Positions 11,431-24,405 of a stretch of DNA of 64,000 nt are shown here, one piece after another. Made by a program: the position numbers and the translations under genes. The notes beneath the pieces were generated by a model that saw only the letters and a list, made by a program, of their open reading frames with translations, was not told the origin of the DNA and did no database searches. Positions within the stretch are counted from its first letter, which is position 1; each line of letters begins with the position of its first letter. Source of the stretch: Octopus sinensis (taxonomy: Eukaryota); assembly GCF_006345805.1 (NCBI RefSeq), contig NC_043021.1, forward strand, positions 20,708,001-20,772,000, given 5' to 3'.

Positions 11431-12391
11431 GTTTGTATAAACACGTCTCTCTGTCTATACTCTTTACTCTTTTACTTGTTTCAGTCATTTGACTGCAGCC
11501 ATGCTGGAGCACCGCCTTTAGTTGAGCAAATCGACCCCGGGACTTATTCTTTGTAAGCCCAGTACTTATTCTATCGGTCTTGATACGCCAATTGAATGCC
11601 AGCTAGCTGTATGTGATTGGTCAGAGATTTGGACAGTACTCGTGTGTATGTGTGCACGCACGCAGCTGTATATACATGAACTAGCACTCGGTGTTGCCGG
11701 GTCATAGTGCTAGTCGTAAATACAAGTTTTTCTCAAAAATGCTAAGAGTAAAAGATGTTTTATATGACACATTCTACCAATGTCCGAAGTTTGAAAGTGT
11801 TTAGTTGCAAAAAATCATTTTTTAAATCTGTCGGTCAAAAGGTAAAGACCCATAAAATTAATTACTAGTCATGTACTTCTTGGTAAGGGTAAGATGTATG
11901 ATTCAGTGGTCAGAGTATTTGGCTCACAATCATGAGGTAGCGAGTTCAATTCCTGGACCAGGCTGCGTTTTGCAAGACACTTTATTTTCACGTTGCTCCA
12001 GTTCACTCAACTTATTTACCAATCCCCCATAACTGCTGGCCTTGTGCCAAAATTTGAAACCATTATTATTATGATTCAGGCAGGGAGTGGGCAGAATTAT
12101 TGGTACACTGGACAAAATGCTTAGTGGCAGTTCGCCTGTCTTCACGTTCTGTGTTCAAATTCAGCTGAGTTTCGCTTTGCCTTTCATCCTTTTAGAGTCG
12201 ATGAAAGAAGTACCAGTTGCATATTGGGTTCAGTGTATTCATCAAGCCCCTACCCTCAAATTTTAGGCCTTGTGCCTATAGCAGAAAGAACTATTACATT
12301 GTTGTTGTTGCTGTTGTTGTCTTTTGATTATTTGTTCAAAATCCCTAAATAATATTTGTTTGTTTTATTTCATTTCTGTTAAATCCATCAG

Positions 12392-12488
12392 ACAGCTTGA
12401 AGTGAACGTCATAATGGAAGAGAAAAATGTGAATTATCAGTTCAAAATTAAAAAGTTACCAGGACCAATTGTCAATTGTACTGAAGAG
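12392..12488 (+). CDS. CS/p23-like gene, exon 3
   Basis: ccatcAG acceptor, GAG|GTCAGT donor; encodes (R)QLEVNVIMEEKNVNYQFKIKKLPGPIVNCTEE; phase 2 to phase 0. Confidence 0.85.
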
Positions 12489-12975
12489 GTCAGTTTATTT
12501 TAGCCAAATAAAGTTTCTGTCCTTTTTTTCAGATGAGGAAATAAATATCTCGAAGAGATATTTATGTCTTCTTTTTATTTCTGGCCATTTGTTTTGGTTT
12601 TTGTCCAACACTTGTCTACCTGTCACTGTCTACTTGCATATTACTCACTGTCCATCTGTCACCGTCTCCCTGTTTCTGCTTATCATCGACAATCTGTTAC
12701 TAGCCATCAGATCTGTATCACTGTCTATCATTACCCAGTTATTGTTTAACAGCAGCTGATGAAGTGCAAAGACACAGAAATCCCAAGTCAGCGATTCCAC
12801 CACCACTGCTGGAGCTTTTTCGGCTACTGACGTACTTCTGTGCTCTCTAGTCTATACAAGAAGCATTCTCAAGATGAATTCTACAGTTTTGTGGCTTTCG
12901 ATACTATATCCACATTAGTAAAATATACAAAAAGCTATTTTGAACAAATATTGCTTCCAACGCTAATAACAAATA

Positions 12976-13056
<81 letters not shown>

Positions 13057-14218
13057 GCAGGCATGGCTATGTGGTAAGAAGCTTAATTCTCAACTGCAGG
13101 ATTCTGGGTTCCATCCCACAATGTTGCATTTTGTGCAAGTGTCGTCTACAATGGCCTCAGGCCAACTGATGCCTTGTGATTGGATTTGGTAGATGGAAAC
13201 TGAAAGAAGCTTGTCGTATATTTATGTATATATTTGTCTGTGCGTCTTCATGTCTGTGTTTGTCCTCCACCACCACCTGACAACCGGTGCTGGTGTGTTT
13301 ATGTCCTCGTAACTTAGTGGTTTGGCAAAAGAGACTGATAGAATAAATATCAGGCTTTAAAACAAAATTAGGCCCTGGAGTCAACACATTTGCCTAAAAA
13401 TTTTTCAAGGTGTTGCCCCAGCATGGCTGATGTCTTAGAAATTGTAGTTGTGGCCGATGCCAGTGCCACCTGACCGGCTCCCCATGCCGGCGGCATGTAA
13501 AAAGCCCTATCCGAACGTGGTTGATGCCAGTCCTCCCCACTCCAACTGGCTTCTGTACCAGTAGCACGTAGAAAGCACCATCCAAATGTGGCCAATGCCA
13601 GTGACGCCTCACTGGCTCCCATACTGGTGGCACATAAGAAGTACCCACTACACTCTCTGAGTGGTTGGCGTTAGGAAGGGCATCCAGCTATAGAAGCACT
13701 GCTAGATCAGATTGGAACCTGGTGTTGCCTCCTGGTTTTCCAATGCCCAGTCAAACCATCCAACCCATGCTAGCATGGAAAACGGACGTTAAACAATGAT
13801 GATGATGATATATATATATACTCTTTTTTACTTGTTTCAGTCATTTGACTGCGGCTATGCTGGAGCACCATCTTTGGTCGAGCAAATCGACCCCGGGACT
13901 TATTCTTTGTAAGCCCAGTACTTATTCTGTCGGTCTCTTTTGCCGAACCGCTAAGTGACGGGGACGTAAACACACCAGCATCGGTTGTCAAGCAATGCTA
14001 GGGGGACAAACACAGACACACAAACATATACACACACATACATATATACGATGGGCTTCTTTCAGTTTCTGTCTACCAAATCCACTCACAAGGCTTTGGT
14101 CGGCCTGAGGCTATAGTAGAAGACACTTGCCCAAGATGCCACGCAGTGGGACTGAACCTGGAACCATGTGGTTGGTAAGCAAGCTACTTACCACACAGCC
14201 ACTAATATATATATATAT

Positions 14219-14251
<33 letters not shown>

Positions 14252-15668
14252 GTTTTTGAGGTGCATATATATGTATTTCATTGATACAAGTTAATGGACA
14301 ATGCCATGCAAATTTATAACTGCATTTAATATGCGATCTCCGGTTGTTGAGTCCCATGGAGACAATGACATGTGGCCGAGTCTTTTTGCAGTTTACTGTG
14401 CTTGAGAGGAGACTTCAGGCAAAGTGAAATCATGGTTGTGGTCTGTGTCGGTCACATGTAAAATGCACCTGTGCTCCTGACATGTAACAGGCACCCGGTA
14501 CACTCTGTGGAGTGGTCGGCTTGAGGAAGGGCATCCAACCATAGAAATCAAGATAAACCAGACTGGAGCCTGGCACAGCTCCCCAGCTTACCATTTCCCA
14601 TCAAACCGTCTAACCCATGCCAGCATGGAAAATGGATGCTAAATAATTATGATGATGGTGATGATGATGATTTCTTGCACTAACGAATGTTGTTTAACAT
14701 TTTTTGTCTTTAATCTTTTACCTGTTTCAGTCATTAGACTATGGCCATGCTGGGGCAGCATCTTGAAGGCTTTTAGTCAAAGGACTCAACCCCAGTACTT
14801 AATCTTATTGCGAAGCCTAGTATTTATTCTATTAGTGTCTTTTGCTGAACTGCTAAGTTGCAATGACGTAAACACAACACTAGTTGTCAAGTGGCAGTGG
14901 GTGACACACAGACACAAACATACACACACACATACATGTAATATTGTTTTATTTGTTTCAGTCATTTGACTGTGGCCGTGCTGGAGCACCACCTTCAATT
15001 GAGCAAATCAACCCCTAGTACTTATTCTATCAGTCTCTTTTGCCAAAACGCTAAGTTACAGGGACGTAAACACACCAACATCGGTCGTCAAGTAATGGTG
15101 GGGGAACCAGCACAGACACTCAAATATGTGTGTGTATGTGTGTGTGTGTGTTTGTTTGTTCCCTACCCACGATCACTTAGTGGAGGCACATGGCTAGAGC
15201 AGCGGACTCGCAGTCGGGGGGTCGTGAGTTTGAATCTCAGACCGGGCGATGTGTGTGTTTATGAGCGAAACACCTAGGCTCCACACGGCTCCGGCAGAAG
15301 GTAATGGCGAACTTCTGCTGACTCTTTTGCCACAACTTTCTCTCACACTTTCCTCTTGCATCTTGCTGCTCACTGGTGTCCCGTCCAAGTGAGGAACCTA
15401 TACACCAAGAAAACCGGGAAATCGGCCCTTACGAGCCAAGTATGGCTCAAGAAGGAACAAACAACCATCACTTGACAACAGGTGTTGGTGTGTTTACATC
15501 TCCGTAAAGTAGCGGTTTGGCAAAGGACACTAGTAGAATAAGTACGGGTTTGAGAAAATAAAATATAAAGTCCTAGGGTCAACTCATTCGACTTATAAAT
15601 CCTTCACGGTGGTGCTCCAGCATGGCCGCAATCCAACAACAGAAATGAGTAAAAGATAAAATGTAATG

Positions 15669-16542
15669 GGATCTTTTCGGTTTGAACGGCAGTTTTTTCT
15701 AGCGGTGTCGTATGAAATTGTCACCCATAATTATGACCCTAGTATCGATCTATTGCATTTCGATCTGTTTTAGGGTTAGGGTTAGGGAAGGGTATCTTTT
15801 TTCTTCAGAAATGTAATGGCCGCAGCCTTCGGGCTGAAACATTTTTAAGGATTTAAGGAAACCCAATCTGCTTCTTAAACGAGGGACATATTCATACGGC
15901 ACAGAATGTTTTCACCTCAATAGACGTAATTGGTTGAAATTGCAGAAATTGAAGAAAAAACAACAACAAATATCTTACAAACTATAGAATTTTCTCAATA
16001 AAGCCAAGAGAAAAAGATGTTGGCGATCTTTCGTCTCTAGTAGACTTTTCCGTCGATTTCCGTAAAAAAAATTTTTTTTTTTACATATGGGCTTGCGGGA
16101 ACTTTTGAAGTAATATACGTACATATACACATACACCGAGTAAAAAATTTCAGTTATCTCTTTCTTTCACACATTACTCTGTCTCTTCACACACACTAAC
16201 AGAAGCACTTCACTTACACAACATACTGTCTGTACCCACACCCCATCAAACACTCACATACATGTACATCAATGCTTCCCATGCACGGTAACTTCAAAAG
16301 AATTTCCCTCGTCATACAATCGCTTTCTCTTAGTCTCTTTCGCTGTCATTACTTCAAAAGTTCCCGCAAGCCCATATATAAAAAAAAAAATTTTTTTACG
16401 GAAATCGACGGAAAGGTCTACTAGAGACGAAAGATTGCCAAGATGTTTTATAAACACATTCTACCAGTATACGAAGTTTAAAAGTGTTTAGTAACGTGGA
16501 AATTATTTAAAAAAAAAACTGCCGTTCAAACCGAAAAGATCC
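15669..16542. mobile_element. MITE with GGATCTTTTCGGTTTGAACGGCAGT TIRs, carrying a nested MITE (other copies 17151-17710, 31298-31708)
   Basis: TIRs at both ends; internal TTAGGG repeats; TSD not resolved. Confidence 0.85.
16021..16440. mobile_element. Nested 420-bp MITE with ~93-bp TIRs
   Basis: TIRs 16021-16114 and 16348-16440; AGATGT duplicated at 16015-16020 and 16441-16446; empty site visible in the 31298 copy. Confidence 0.88.
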
Positions 16543-16637
16543 ATATAGTGAACTACACAGTCTCTCTCTCCACATCATTCTTCTTCTTCTTTCACAGTCG
16601 CTCACCTAATTGTTTCCGTACGTTTATTTTCTTTCAG

Positions 16638-16730
16638 TGCGAGAAAGACAGAGTAATTCTTACCCTGACGAAGGAAAACGAAGAATCTTGGGTAGCTTCC
16701 CTTGAGAATGGGCTGGAAACGGCAACATAA
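16638..16730 (+). CDS. CS/p23-like gene, terminal coding exon
   Basis: ttttctttcAG acceptor; encodes CEKDRVILTLTKENEESWVASLENGLETAT*, with the CS-domain end pattern V-x-L-x-L-x-K-x5-W. Confidence 0.85.
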   Translation, partial: CEKDRVILTLTKENEESWVASLENGLETAT

Positions 16731-16890
16731 GCAGCTTGAATGTCTTAACCAGCGCTGATCGATGGAGGAACAGAATACGTCTTATCAAAACTAACTATCC
16801 CTAGCTCTGTATATCTATACATATGTATGTATGTAGGTATGCGTGTGTGTGTGTGTCTGTGTGTGGTAATTGTTAAGTTTAGTTATATCA

Positions 16891-16896
16891 AATAAA
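16891..16896 (+). terminator. Candidate poly(A) signal of the CS/p23-like gene
   Basis: AATAAA 160 nt after the stop codon. Confidence 0.45.
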
Positions 16897-17150
16897 GATT
16901 AAGGGGGAGATAACTAGTAAAGGGACATACATAAGGGTCAACATAAATACCAGATATTATTTACTTTGGAATTGATCAGAATGGCGCACGTGGAAGAACC
17001 CGCGGGAACCACCATTCATTATTCCTGAAAATTGAAATCCTCAACTGTGAATCAATCCTGCAATGTCACCCAATTAGCCGAATCACGAGACAAGATTCTT
17101 CAGTGGTTGGCACGGCGTCGACTAATAAATTTATACTCGTGCGAAAATTG

Positions 17151-17710
17151 GGATCTTTTCGGTTTGAACGGCAGTTTTTAACATAATTTCTAGGTAACTA
17201 AAAAATTTAAAACTTCGTATACTGGTAGAATGTGTTTATAAAACATCATTTTCTCTTGGCTTTATTGAGAAAATTCTATAGTTTGTGAGATATTTCGTCT
17301 TTAATTTCTTGCATTTCGGCAATTTTAACCAATCACTGACCGTCTATTGAGGTGAGCCTAGTATCGATCTATTCAATTTCAATCTATTTTAGATTTAGGG
17401 TTAGTTAGAGTTAGGGGTGGGGGAAGGGTATCTTTTTTTTTTTTCACAAATGTAAATAAACCCAATCTGTTTCTTAAACGAGGGACATATTCATACGGCA
17501 CAGAATGTTGTTTACCTAAATGGACGTCAGTGATTGGTTAAAATTGCCGAAATGCAAGAAAATAAAGACGAAATATCTTACAAACTATAGAATTTTCTCA
17601 ATAAAGCCAAGAGAAAATGATGTTTTATAAACACATTCTACCAGTATACGAAGATTAAAATTTTTTAGTTACCTAGAAATTATGTTAAAAACTGCCGTTC
17701 AAACCGAAAA
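17151..17710. mobile_element. MITE, GGATCTTTTC family
   Basis: Left TIR complete; right TIR lacks the terminal GATCC. Confidence 0.8.
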
Positions 17711-17797
17711 TTGTAATTGTAATTCGCTACTACAGTATTTTTTTTTTTTAACAGTAAGCTAACTTATGTATGGCCCTTTACTAGTTATCTCTCCCAT

Positions 17798-17992
17798 AAA
17801 GTTTATTTGGCGGTCCTATACAAGGACGATGTTGGTGTTGTTTAAGCCCCCAGAAAAAAACATCTTTTCCAGCTGGCTATCAACACAAAACCTGTTGGTA
17901 ACCAGCTGGAAAAGATATCTTCCTGGGGGGCTTAATCAACGCCAACATCGTCCTTGTATAGGACCGCCGCATTCTGTTAGCAAATAAACTTT
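17798..17992. repeat. Foldback inverted repeat (probable MITE)
   Basis: ~65-bp arms GGCGGTCCTATACAAGGACG...CCAGCTGG around a ~25-nt loop, plus an outer AAAGTTTATTTG/CAAATAAACTTT pair. Confidence 0.75.
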
Positions 17993-18084
17993 ACTATTCA
18001 GGACTTACTGTAAATCCCTCGCTGTGAGATTTAAAACAAGTTGTTTTTCTGCCTCTCTATCTAACTCTCTCTCTATATATATAC

Positions 18085-18262
18085 ACGCATTTTTTCTCTC
18101 CTTGTTTCTTTTCTGTGTATCTTTCTGTAGAAGAGCGTAGGCTCGAAACATAAAAGACTTGTTCTATTTCTATTCCTGAGCGCCATTCTAATACAATTGT
18201 TTGTTTGTACTCCACCTGCCTTCGTCTTTTGTTTATTTTCGTAAACCTTCCCGTTATATATA
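18085..18262 (+). mobile_element. Penelope-type short element with a hammerhead-like motif (18120-18157)
   Basis: TCTTT-CTGTAGA-AGAGC GTAG GCTC-GAAACATA-AAAGA; flanked by (TA)n. Confidence 0.65.
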
Positions 18263-18782
18263 TAACTATCTCAAGCTCTGTATGTTTATATACATTTTTA
18301 TACATAAATGTGTGTGCGTGGTGTCTTTGCTGATTTTACTAAGTATTGCTGCTGAATATTGCTGACATTTATGGTTATAGCACTTCAAATTATATCTTGT
18401 TATCTGAAGACATTTATAAACATTATAAACAGTATTTCTGACAGAGTTTCGATCTTGTATATTCTTCTCCAACACTGCCCTATCAGTGCTTATTGCTTTT
18501 CCTAAAACCCAGTATTCTGTTACTGGTCTGAAATTTCAGTGCTAGTATAGTATGTCGTTTACCACGGTGTCAAACAGGGGTATCTACCTTATCTTTCAGA
18601 TATTTCCAGGTATTTCAGAGATAAAACACTTCAGATATTTCAGAGATCAATTAAAAAAAAAAATTTTTTTCAGAATCATAGTTTTAGCATCTAAACACGA
18701 TCACCGAATGGCCCGAGTGTCTCTGCTCCGGTGTCACATAAAATCCGATGGCATTTAAATTATTATAAACGGGTCACTTACC

Positions 18783-19053
18783 TGAATGAATTAGTGAACC
18801 TTTTTCACATTCTCTTTCAATATAATTAGGTTCAGACTGTTCCCGTCACGCCGTTCCACACAAAAGCATCAACAGTCTGAGCCTTGTTTGAGACCAAAAA
18901 CTCACGGCCCATCAATTCCACATCCATGGTTCCTGTTGTTTCCTTGTTCTGCATCATTGTCTTCGAAGAGAGGAGCATTGTCGCCATTCAGCATCCTTCC
19001 TCAATTGTATTTTCATCCAGCTAAATAGGGTTATCTCTTGTTCCAACCATCTT
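18783..19053 (-). pseudogene. Merlin (IS1595/IS1016-like) transposase remnant
   Basis: Hand translation: VGTRDNPI*LDE..KYN*GRMLNGDNAPL...NNRNHGCGIDGP*VFGLKQGSDC*CFCVERRD...ERECEKGSLIHS. Confidence 0.8.
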
Positions 19054-20859
19054 CCCTCGTCGTTCATGAAAAACTATGCCCCCCCCCCCGCGGCACATAT
19101 TGTACCAAGCCTGTTATTGTATTTTTTCAGATTTTCCTGTCAGAGCCACTGCTGTGGTTATGGGTATATGCAAGACAAAGAAAAATATTAGTTCTGAAAT
19201 CTCACTTAGGCTCAGCTTGCAGCTTAATTTGTTGCTAGTGTCCGTAAAATGGTAAAATCGGTTTCCTTGACAAACGGAACGTTCAAGGTAGATAACCCTG
19301 CCTATACTGTTTGACAACGTGGAAGACCGCATAACTATTATAGCACCGAAATTTCTCTCTATTACTCATGTTTATAAATATTTCTATATATCTTTTATCT
19401 TTTACATGTTTCAGTCATTAGACTGCGGCCATGCTGGAGCACCACATCAAAGGATTTTCAGTCAAGTGAATCAATCCCAATACTTTTATTTTTTAAGCCT
19501 AGTACTTATTCTATTAGTCTCCTTTGCGGAATGGTTAAATTACAGGGACGTAACTGCACCAACACCGGTTGTCAACTGGTCAGTGGGGACATATACAAAC
19601 AGATACATACATACATACATACACGCACACATCGATCTTCTTTGAGTTTACCAAATCCACTCACATGGTTTCGGTTGACCCCAGGGTATAGTAGAAGGCA
19701 CTTGCCTGGAAGGGCTTTAGTTGAACGAATCAACCCCGGTACTTATTTTTTTGAGACTGGTACTTATTCTATTGGTCTTTTACACCGAACTGCCAAGTTA
19801 CAGGAATGCAAACAAACCAACACCGGCTGTCAAACAGTGGTGGAGGACTAATGAACAGACATACACATATGTATAGACACACACAGGCTTCTTTCAGTTT
19901 CTGGCTACTAAATCTACTCTCAAAGTTTCGGTTGGCCTGGGGCTATAGTAGAAGACACTTGCCCAAGGTGCCACGAAGTAGGACTGAACCCTGAAACATG
20001 TGATTGGAAATCATACTTCTTATCATATAGTCCATATAGATACAGTTATGCCTCTATCTATCTGTCTGTCTGTATATATATATATATATACATATAATTA
20101 TACACACTCACTGAGTAGCAATTTCTCTTAGTATTATTAACCTTCTTTAGGGTGGTGAGCTGGCAGAATCGTTAGCACACCGGGCGATATGGTTATCGGT
20201 ATTTCATGTCTTTACATTCTAAGTTCAAATTCCGCCGAGGTCGACTTTGCCTTTCATCCTTTCGGGGGTCAATAAATTAAGTACCAGTTGCATACTGGAG
20301 TTGATCTCATTGACTGGTCCCCCCACGCCATTCCCGAATTTCGGGCCCCGTGCCTAGAGTAGAAAAGAGTATTATTAACCTTTTTTTTATATCTATTTCC
20401 GCTTTGCCTTTCAACCTTCTGGCATTGGTTAAATAGATTGACCCCAATACTAATCAACGTCAGTTATTGTTCCTTCCTCTGTAAATTTTTAGCTTTACAA
20501 AATACCTTGTGGTATTTGCTCTAGGGTTGATAGAATAAAGTACTAGTTCAGTATTGAAATCAATGGAATTCACTAACCCCTTGGCTTGGATAAGTGTCCC
20601 AAAGCAAGTGATATACTGTCACTAAATTCAATCTGCTGTGTTGGTTTATTTCTTGAGGAAGTAATTTCATTTCTCTTGTGAAATATATGACCATCATTAT
20701 ATGGACTCCTATTTCCTTGTCAAACAAAATCTTTAATATTTGTCATTTCAAGACTTCATTAATATCTTTCCAAATTGATTGCAAATTATAATTACTTGCT
20801 CACGATCAAAAAAAAAAAAAAAGAAATTCAATTTCCTATAAAATCAATTCTTCCATATG

Positions 20860-20860
<1 letters not shown>

Positions 20861-20946
<86 letters not shown>
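20861..20946. repeat. (CA)n microsatellite
   Basis: Long uninterrupted AC run. Confidence 0.95.
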
Positions 20947-20949
<3 letters not shown>

Positions 20950-22321
20950 CATACCTCTTCTTACGCCATTTCGAGATACATCTTTTTTCAATGCAACCCC
21001 AATCTGAAGAGGACGGATTATAGGGACGTAAACACACCAACACCGGTTGTCAACTGGTCAGTGGGGACATATACAAACATAGATACATACATACATACAT
21101 ACACGCACACACACACATTGATCTTCTTTGAGTTTACCAAATCTACACACTCGCAAGGTTTCGGTCGACCCCAGGGTATAGTAGAAGGCACTCGCCTGGC
21201 CATGCTGGGCCACTTGCACCCTGAACCATGGGATTGGAAATCACGCGGGTTCTTTCTTTTTTTTTTTTTTTTTTTTAAAGAAATTAACAAAAAAAAATGG
21301 AAAAATAAACCCCAATCTCAGTTCATTTATCCGACTTTATGTTGATCTCAGCGAACATATTTAAAGGTATATCAATATAACATCTAAAATACCTGTGCTG
21401 AAAAGGCAAATGGAATAAAATACATTTATTAAAACAGTTATAAGCTAATAAATTTTTTTAATGTTTTTTTTTTTGTGTTACGTTGTCTTTTGAAATAAGG
21501 TTCATGTATGTTGAGGCATGGCTGTATATGTATGCGTGTGACTGGAGACGTCTTATTGCCTGAGCAATTTAGAGTAACAAATTATAAAACTACAAATAAT
21601 ATATAATATTATATACATACATATATACATCATACCCATCTATTTAGAAATAAAACTGTTATTTTATCAAATTGTAATTTTGTTCTTTGTTTTCAATTTG
21701 TTATTGTTTTGTAATTACAGTGTAACAAAATTAAAATTTTGTATATGTCTTTAGTGTTATTTTCTATTTGCTTCTATCTAGAAATCAAAGGAAATGACTA
21801 CTATTCCCTTCACCCATTGCTTTTGTGACCTAGACATCTATGTTTTGAAACAGATCTCTTTTCCATTACATATCAGATTCAGCACTGAGTTGCTGAAGCA
21901 GAAATATCCTTATAGGTGAGATTGAGGTTTATTAAGGTGGCGACCTGGCAGAAACATTGGCACGCCGGGCGAAATGCTTAGCGGTATTTCGCCCGTTGCT
22001 ACATTCTAAGTTCAAATTCCGCCGAGGTCAACTTTGCTTTTCATCCTTTCGGGGTTGATAAATTAAGTACCAGTTACGCACTGGGATCGATGTAATCGAC
22101 TCAATCCCTTTGTCTGTCCTTGTTTGTCCCCTCTATGTTTCGCCCCTTGTGGGCAATAAAGAAATAAGAACCAACCTTATAGTAAATATTCTGCTCAATA
22201 CCACAGATTTGCTTGTCAGCTGCTTGATCCTGACCACATGAGATGAGCAGTAATAGTGTGGGGGGGGGGCATCATAGCCATGTGTTGAGAGGGACTCTAT
22301 ATAACAAAATTTTGATGGAAA

Positions 22322-22580
22322 TCATCATCATCATCGTTTAATGTCCGTTTTCTGCGCTAGCATGGGTTGGGCAGTTCGACCAGGGTCTGGGAAGCCAGGA
22401 GGCTGCACCAGGCTCCGGTCTTATCTGGCAGTGTTTCTACAGCTGGATGCCCTTCCTAATGCCAACCACTTCGTGAGTGTAGTGGGTGCTTTTTCACGTG
22501 CCACCGGCACAGGGGCCAGGGGAGTCTGGCAGCGGCCACGATCGGTTGGTGCTTTTAACGTGCTACCGGCACGGAAGCCA
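22322..22580 (-). mobile_element. RTE-related non-autonomous retroelement with a (GAT)n tail (other copies near 9930, 11040, 13400+, 14480+, 23208, 24697, 26525+)
   Basis: Shared CTGGATGCCCTTCCTAACGCCAACCAC core and CATCATCATCGTTTAACGTCCG end. Confidence 0.7.
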
Positions 22581-23739
22581 GTCAGCTTTCTAGGGGTAAG
22601 CAAATAGGAAATGACAGCTGCTACCCAAGGACAAATGTTGGGTTACACAGGGTTATTTGTGATGTAAATAAAGTTTAACTATTGAGCACATTGGTGATCA
22701 AGCAATGCATAACTGCTGCAGCCTCTGGCTCAGTCTGGTGGACAAAACAGATTCCAGCTATGAAAATCAATGAGTATTAAAAGGCTGAGGAGGAGTTCAT
22801 TTCCGGGCCCTGTGCCTTGAGTAGAAAAGAGTATCATTAACCTTTTTATATCTGTTTCCGCTTTGCCTTTCAACCTTCTGGCATTGGTTAAATAGATTGA
22901 CCCCAATACTAATGAAGTACTGGGATCAACGTCAGTTATTGTTCCTTCCTCTGTAAATTTTTGGCTTTACAAAATACCTTGTGGTATTTGCTCTAGGGTT
23001 GATAGAATAAAGTACTAGTTCAGTATTGAAATCAATGGAATTCACTAAACCCTTGGCTTGGATAAGTGTCCCAAAGCAAGTGATATACTGTCACTAAATT
23101 CAATCTGCTGTGTTGGTTTATTTCTTGAGGAAGTAATTTCACTTCTCTTGTGAAATATATGACCATCATTATATGGACTCCTTTTCTGTTACTATATATA
23201 TATATATATCATCATCGTTTAACATCCGTTCTCCATGCTAGCATGGGTTGGGCGGTTCGACTGGGGTCTGGGAAGCCAGGAGGCTGCACCAGGCTCCAGT
23301 CTGATCTGGCAGTGTTTCTACAGCTGGATGCCCTTCATAATGCCAACCACGCTGTGAGTGTAGTGGGTGCTTTTTACATGCCACCAGCACAGGGGCCAGA
23401 GGAGGCTGGCAATGGCCATGAACGGCTGGGGCTTTTTATGTGCCACTGGCATTGGCCACATTCGGATGGTGCTTTTGTGCATTTTATGTGCCACCGGCAT
23501 GGATATCACAACTACAATTTCCATATATATTTTGTCAAACAAAATCCTTAATATTTGTCATTTCAAGACTTCATTAATATTAATTGGTAGTGATAGTGAT
23601 GGAGAATTATGTTCCAAAATCTTATTTTCTCTAATGCTAGTCATACGTATCAATTAGAATTTCTTCAATCCTTCTCCCAACAGTGGGATTTTCTAGTTTC
23701 CCTATTATCTTGTTTCAGTGTAAGGTTGAGGTCACCATC

Positions 23740-23900
23740 TTCTAATCTATGTTGTGTGGTGTATTCTTCACCTGGAAAGGTTTTTATATTCACATTAGCA
23801 CCTCTGTTCTGTTTCCCAGTGAGAATGTAATCTATCTGACTCGTGTCTTCTCCAGATTGGTAGATGATGTGATTGGTTGGCTTCCTAAAGTGGAGAGAGA
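23740..23900 (-). pseudogene. RTE-type LINE AP-endonuclease C-terminal fragment
   Basis: SQIDYIL...NIKTFPGEEYTTQHRL within ORF 23665-24048. Confidence 0.7.
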
Positions 23901-24347
23901 ATAAAGCTTGAAATGAAATGACAGGGCAAGGGTTATGAATGAAGTTTGTGTTTGTGTGAGAGAGAGAGAGAAGAAACAAAGACTGAAGGGAGGAAGGGGA
24001 CACACACACACACTCGCTGATCAACAGAGAGAGGAAGGAAGAAGTCATGCCATTTTAATCTACCTTTTGTCTTTGAGACAACACACACATACACACACAC
24101 ACACACACAAATACAATTTATGTATCAAAATATAAATACGAACATTATAAAACATGGAATTTCCACAAATTCCATTAGTTTATTGTGATTCGGAAAATAA
24201 TTTGTGTTTCATTGTTTGAAGTAAATCTTCTTCGTTAGTATTTCTTGATTACATTTTTTAATGTCCTGATTTCTTCTTTTTCTTTCTCTTCCATGCTCCT
24301 CTCGACTTTTCCCTCTGCCCTTTCCTAGGTCTTTATGGGGGCTGTCG

Positions 24348-24405
24348 TCAGGGAGCGCCAGATCCAACATGTGTTTTGTCAAGGGGAACATACTGGAGAT
24401 ATACT
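24348..24405 (-). CDS. MIF/D-dopachrome tautomerase family gene, coding exon 3
   Basis: Polypyrimidine-gttttgtAG acceptor; encodes (R)VYLQYVPLDKTHVGSGAP*; AATAAA on the minus strand at 24184-24179. Confidence 0.9.

Noticed and set aside
12489-12545. Acceptor at 12532 as the next exon of the CS-like gene
   Set aside because: Would need a 44-nt intron and gives MRK*; the 16638 exon completes the domain.
16960-17030. Exon-like segment on minus (IMNGGSRGFFHVRHSDQFQ)
   Set aside because: Plausible splice sites but no partner exons or recognisable protein.
19125-21915. Short plus-strand exon candidates near 19130 and 21840-21915
   Set aside because: Cannot be joined into a coherent protein.
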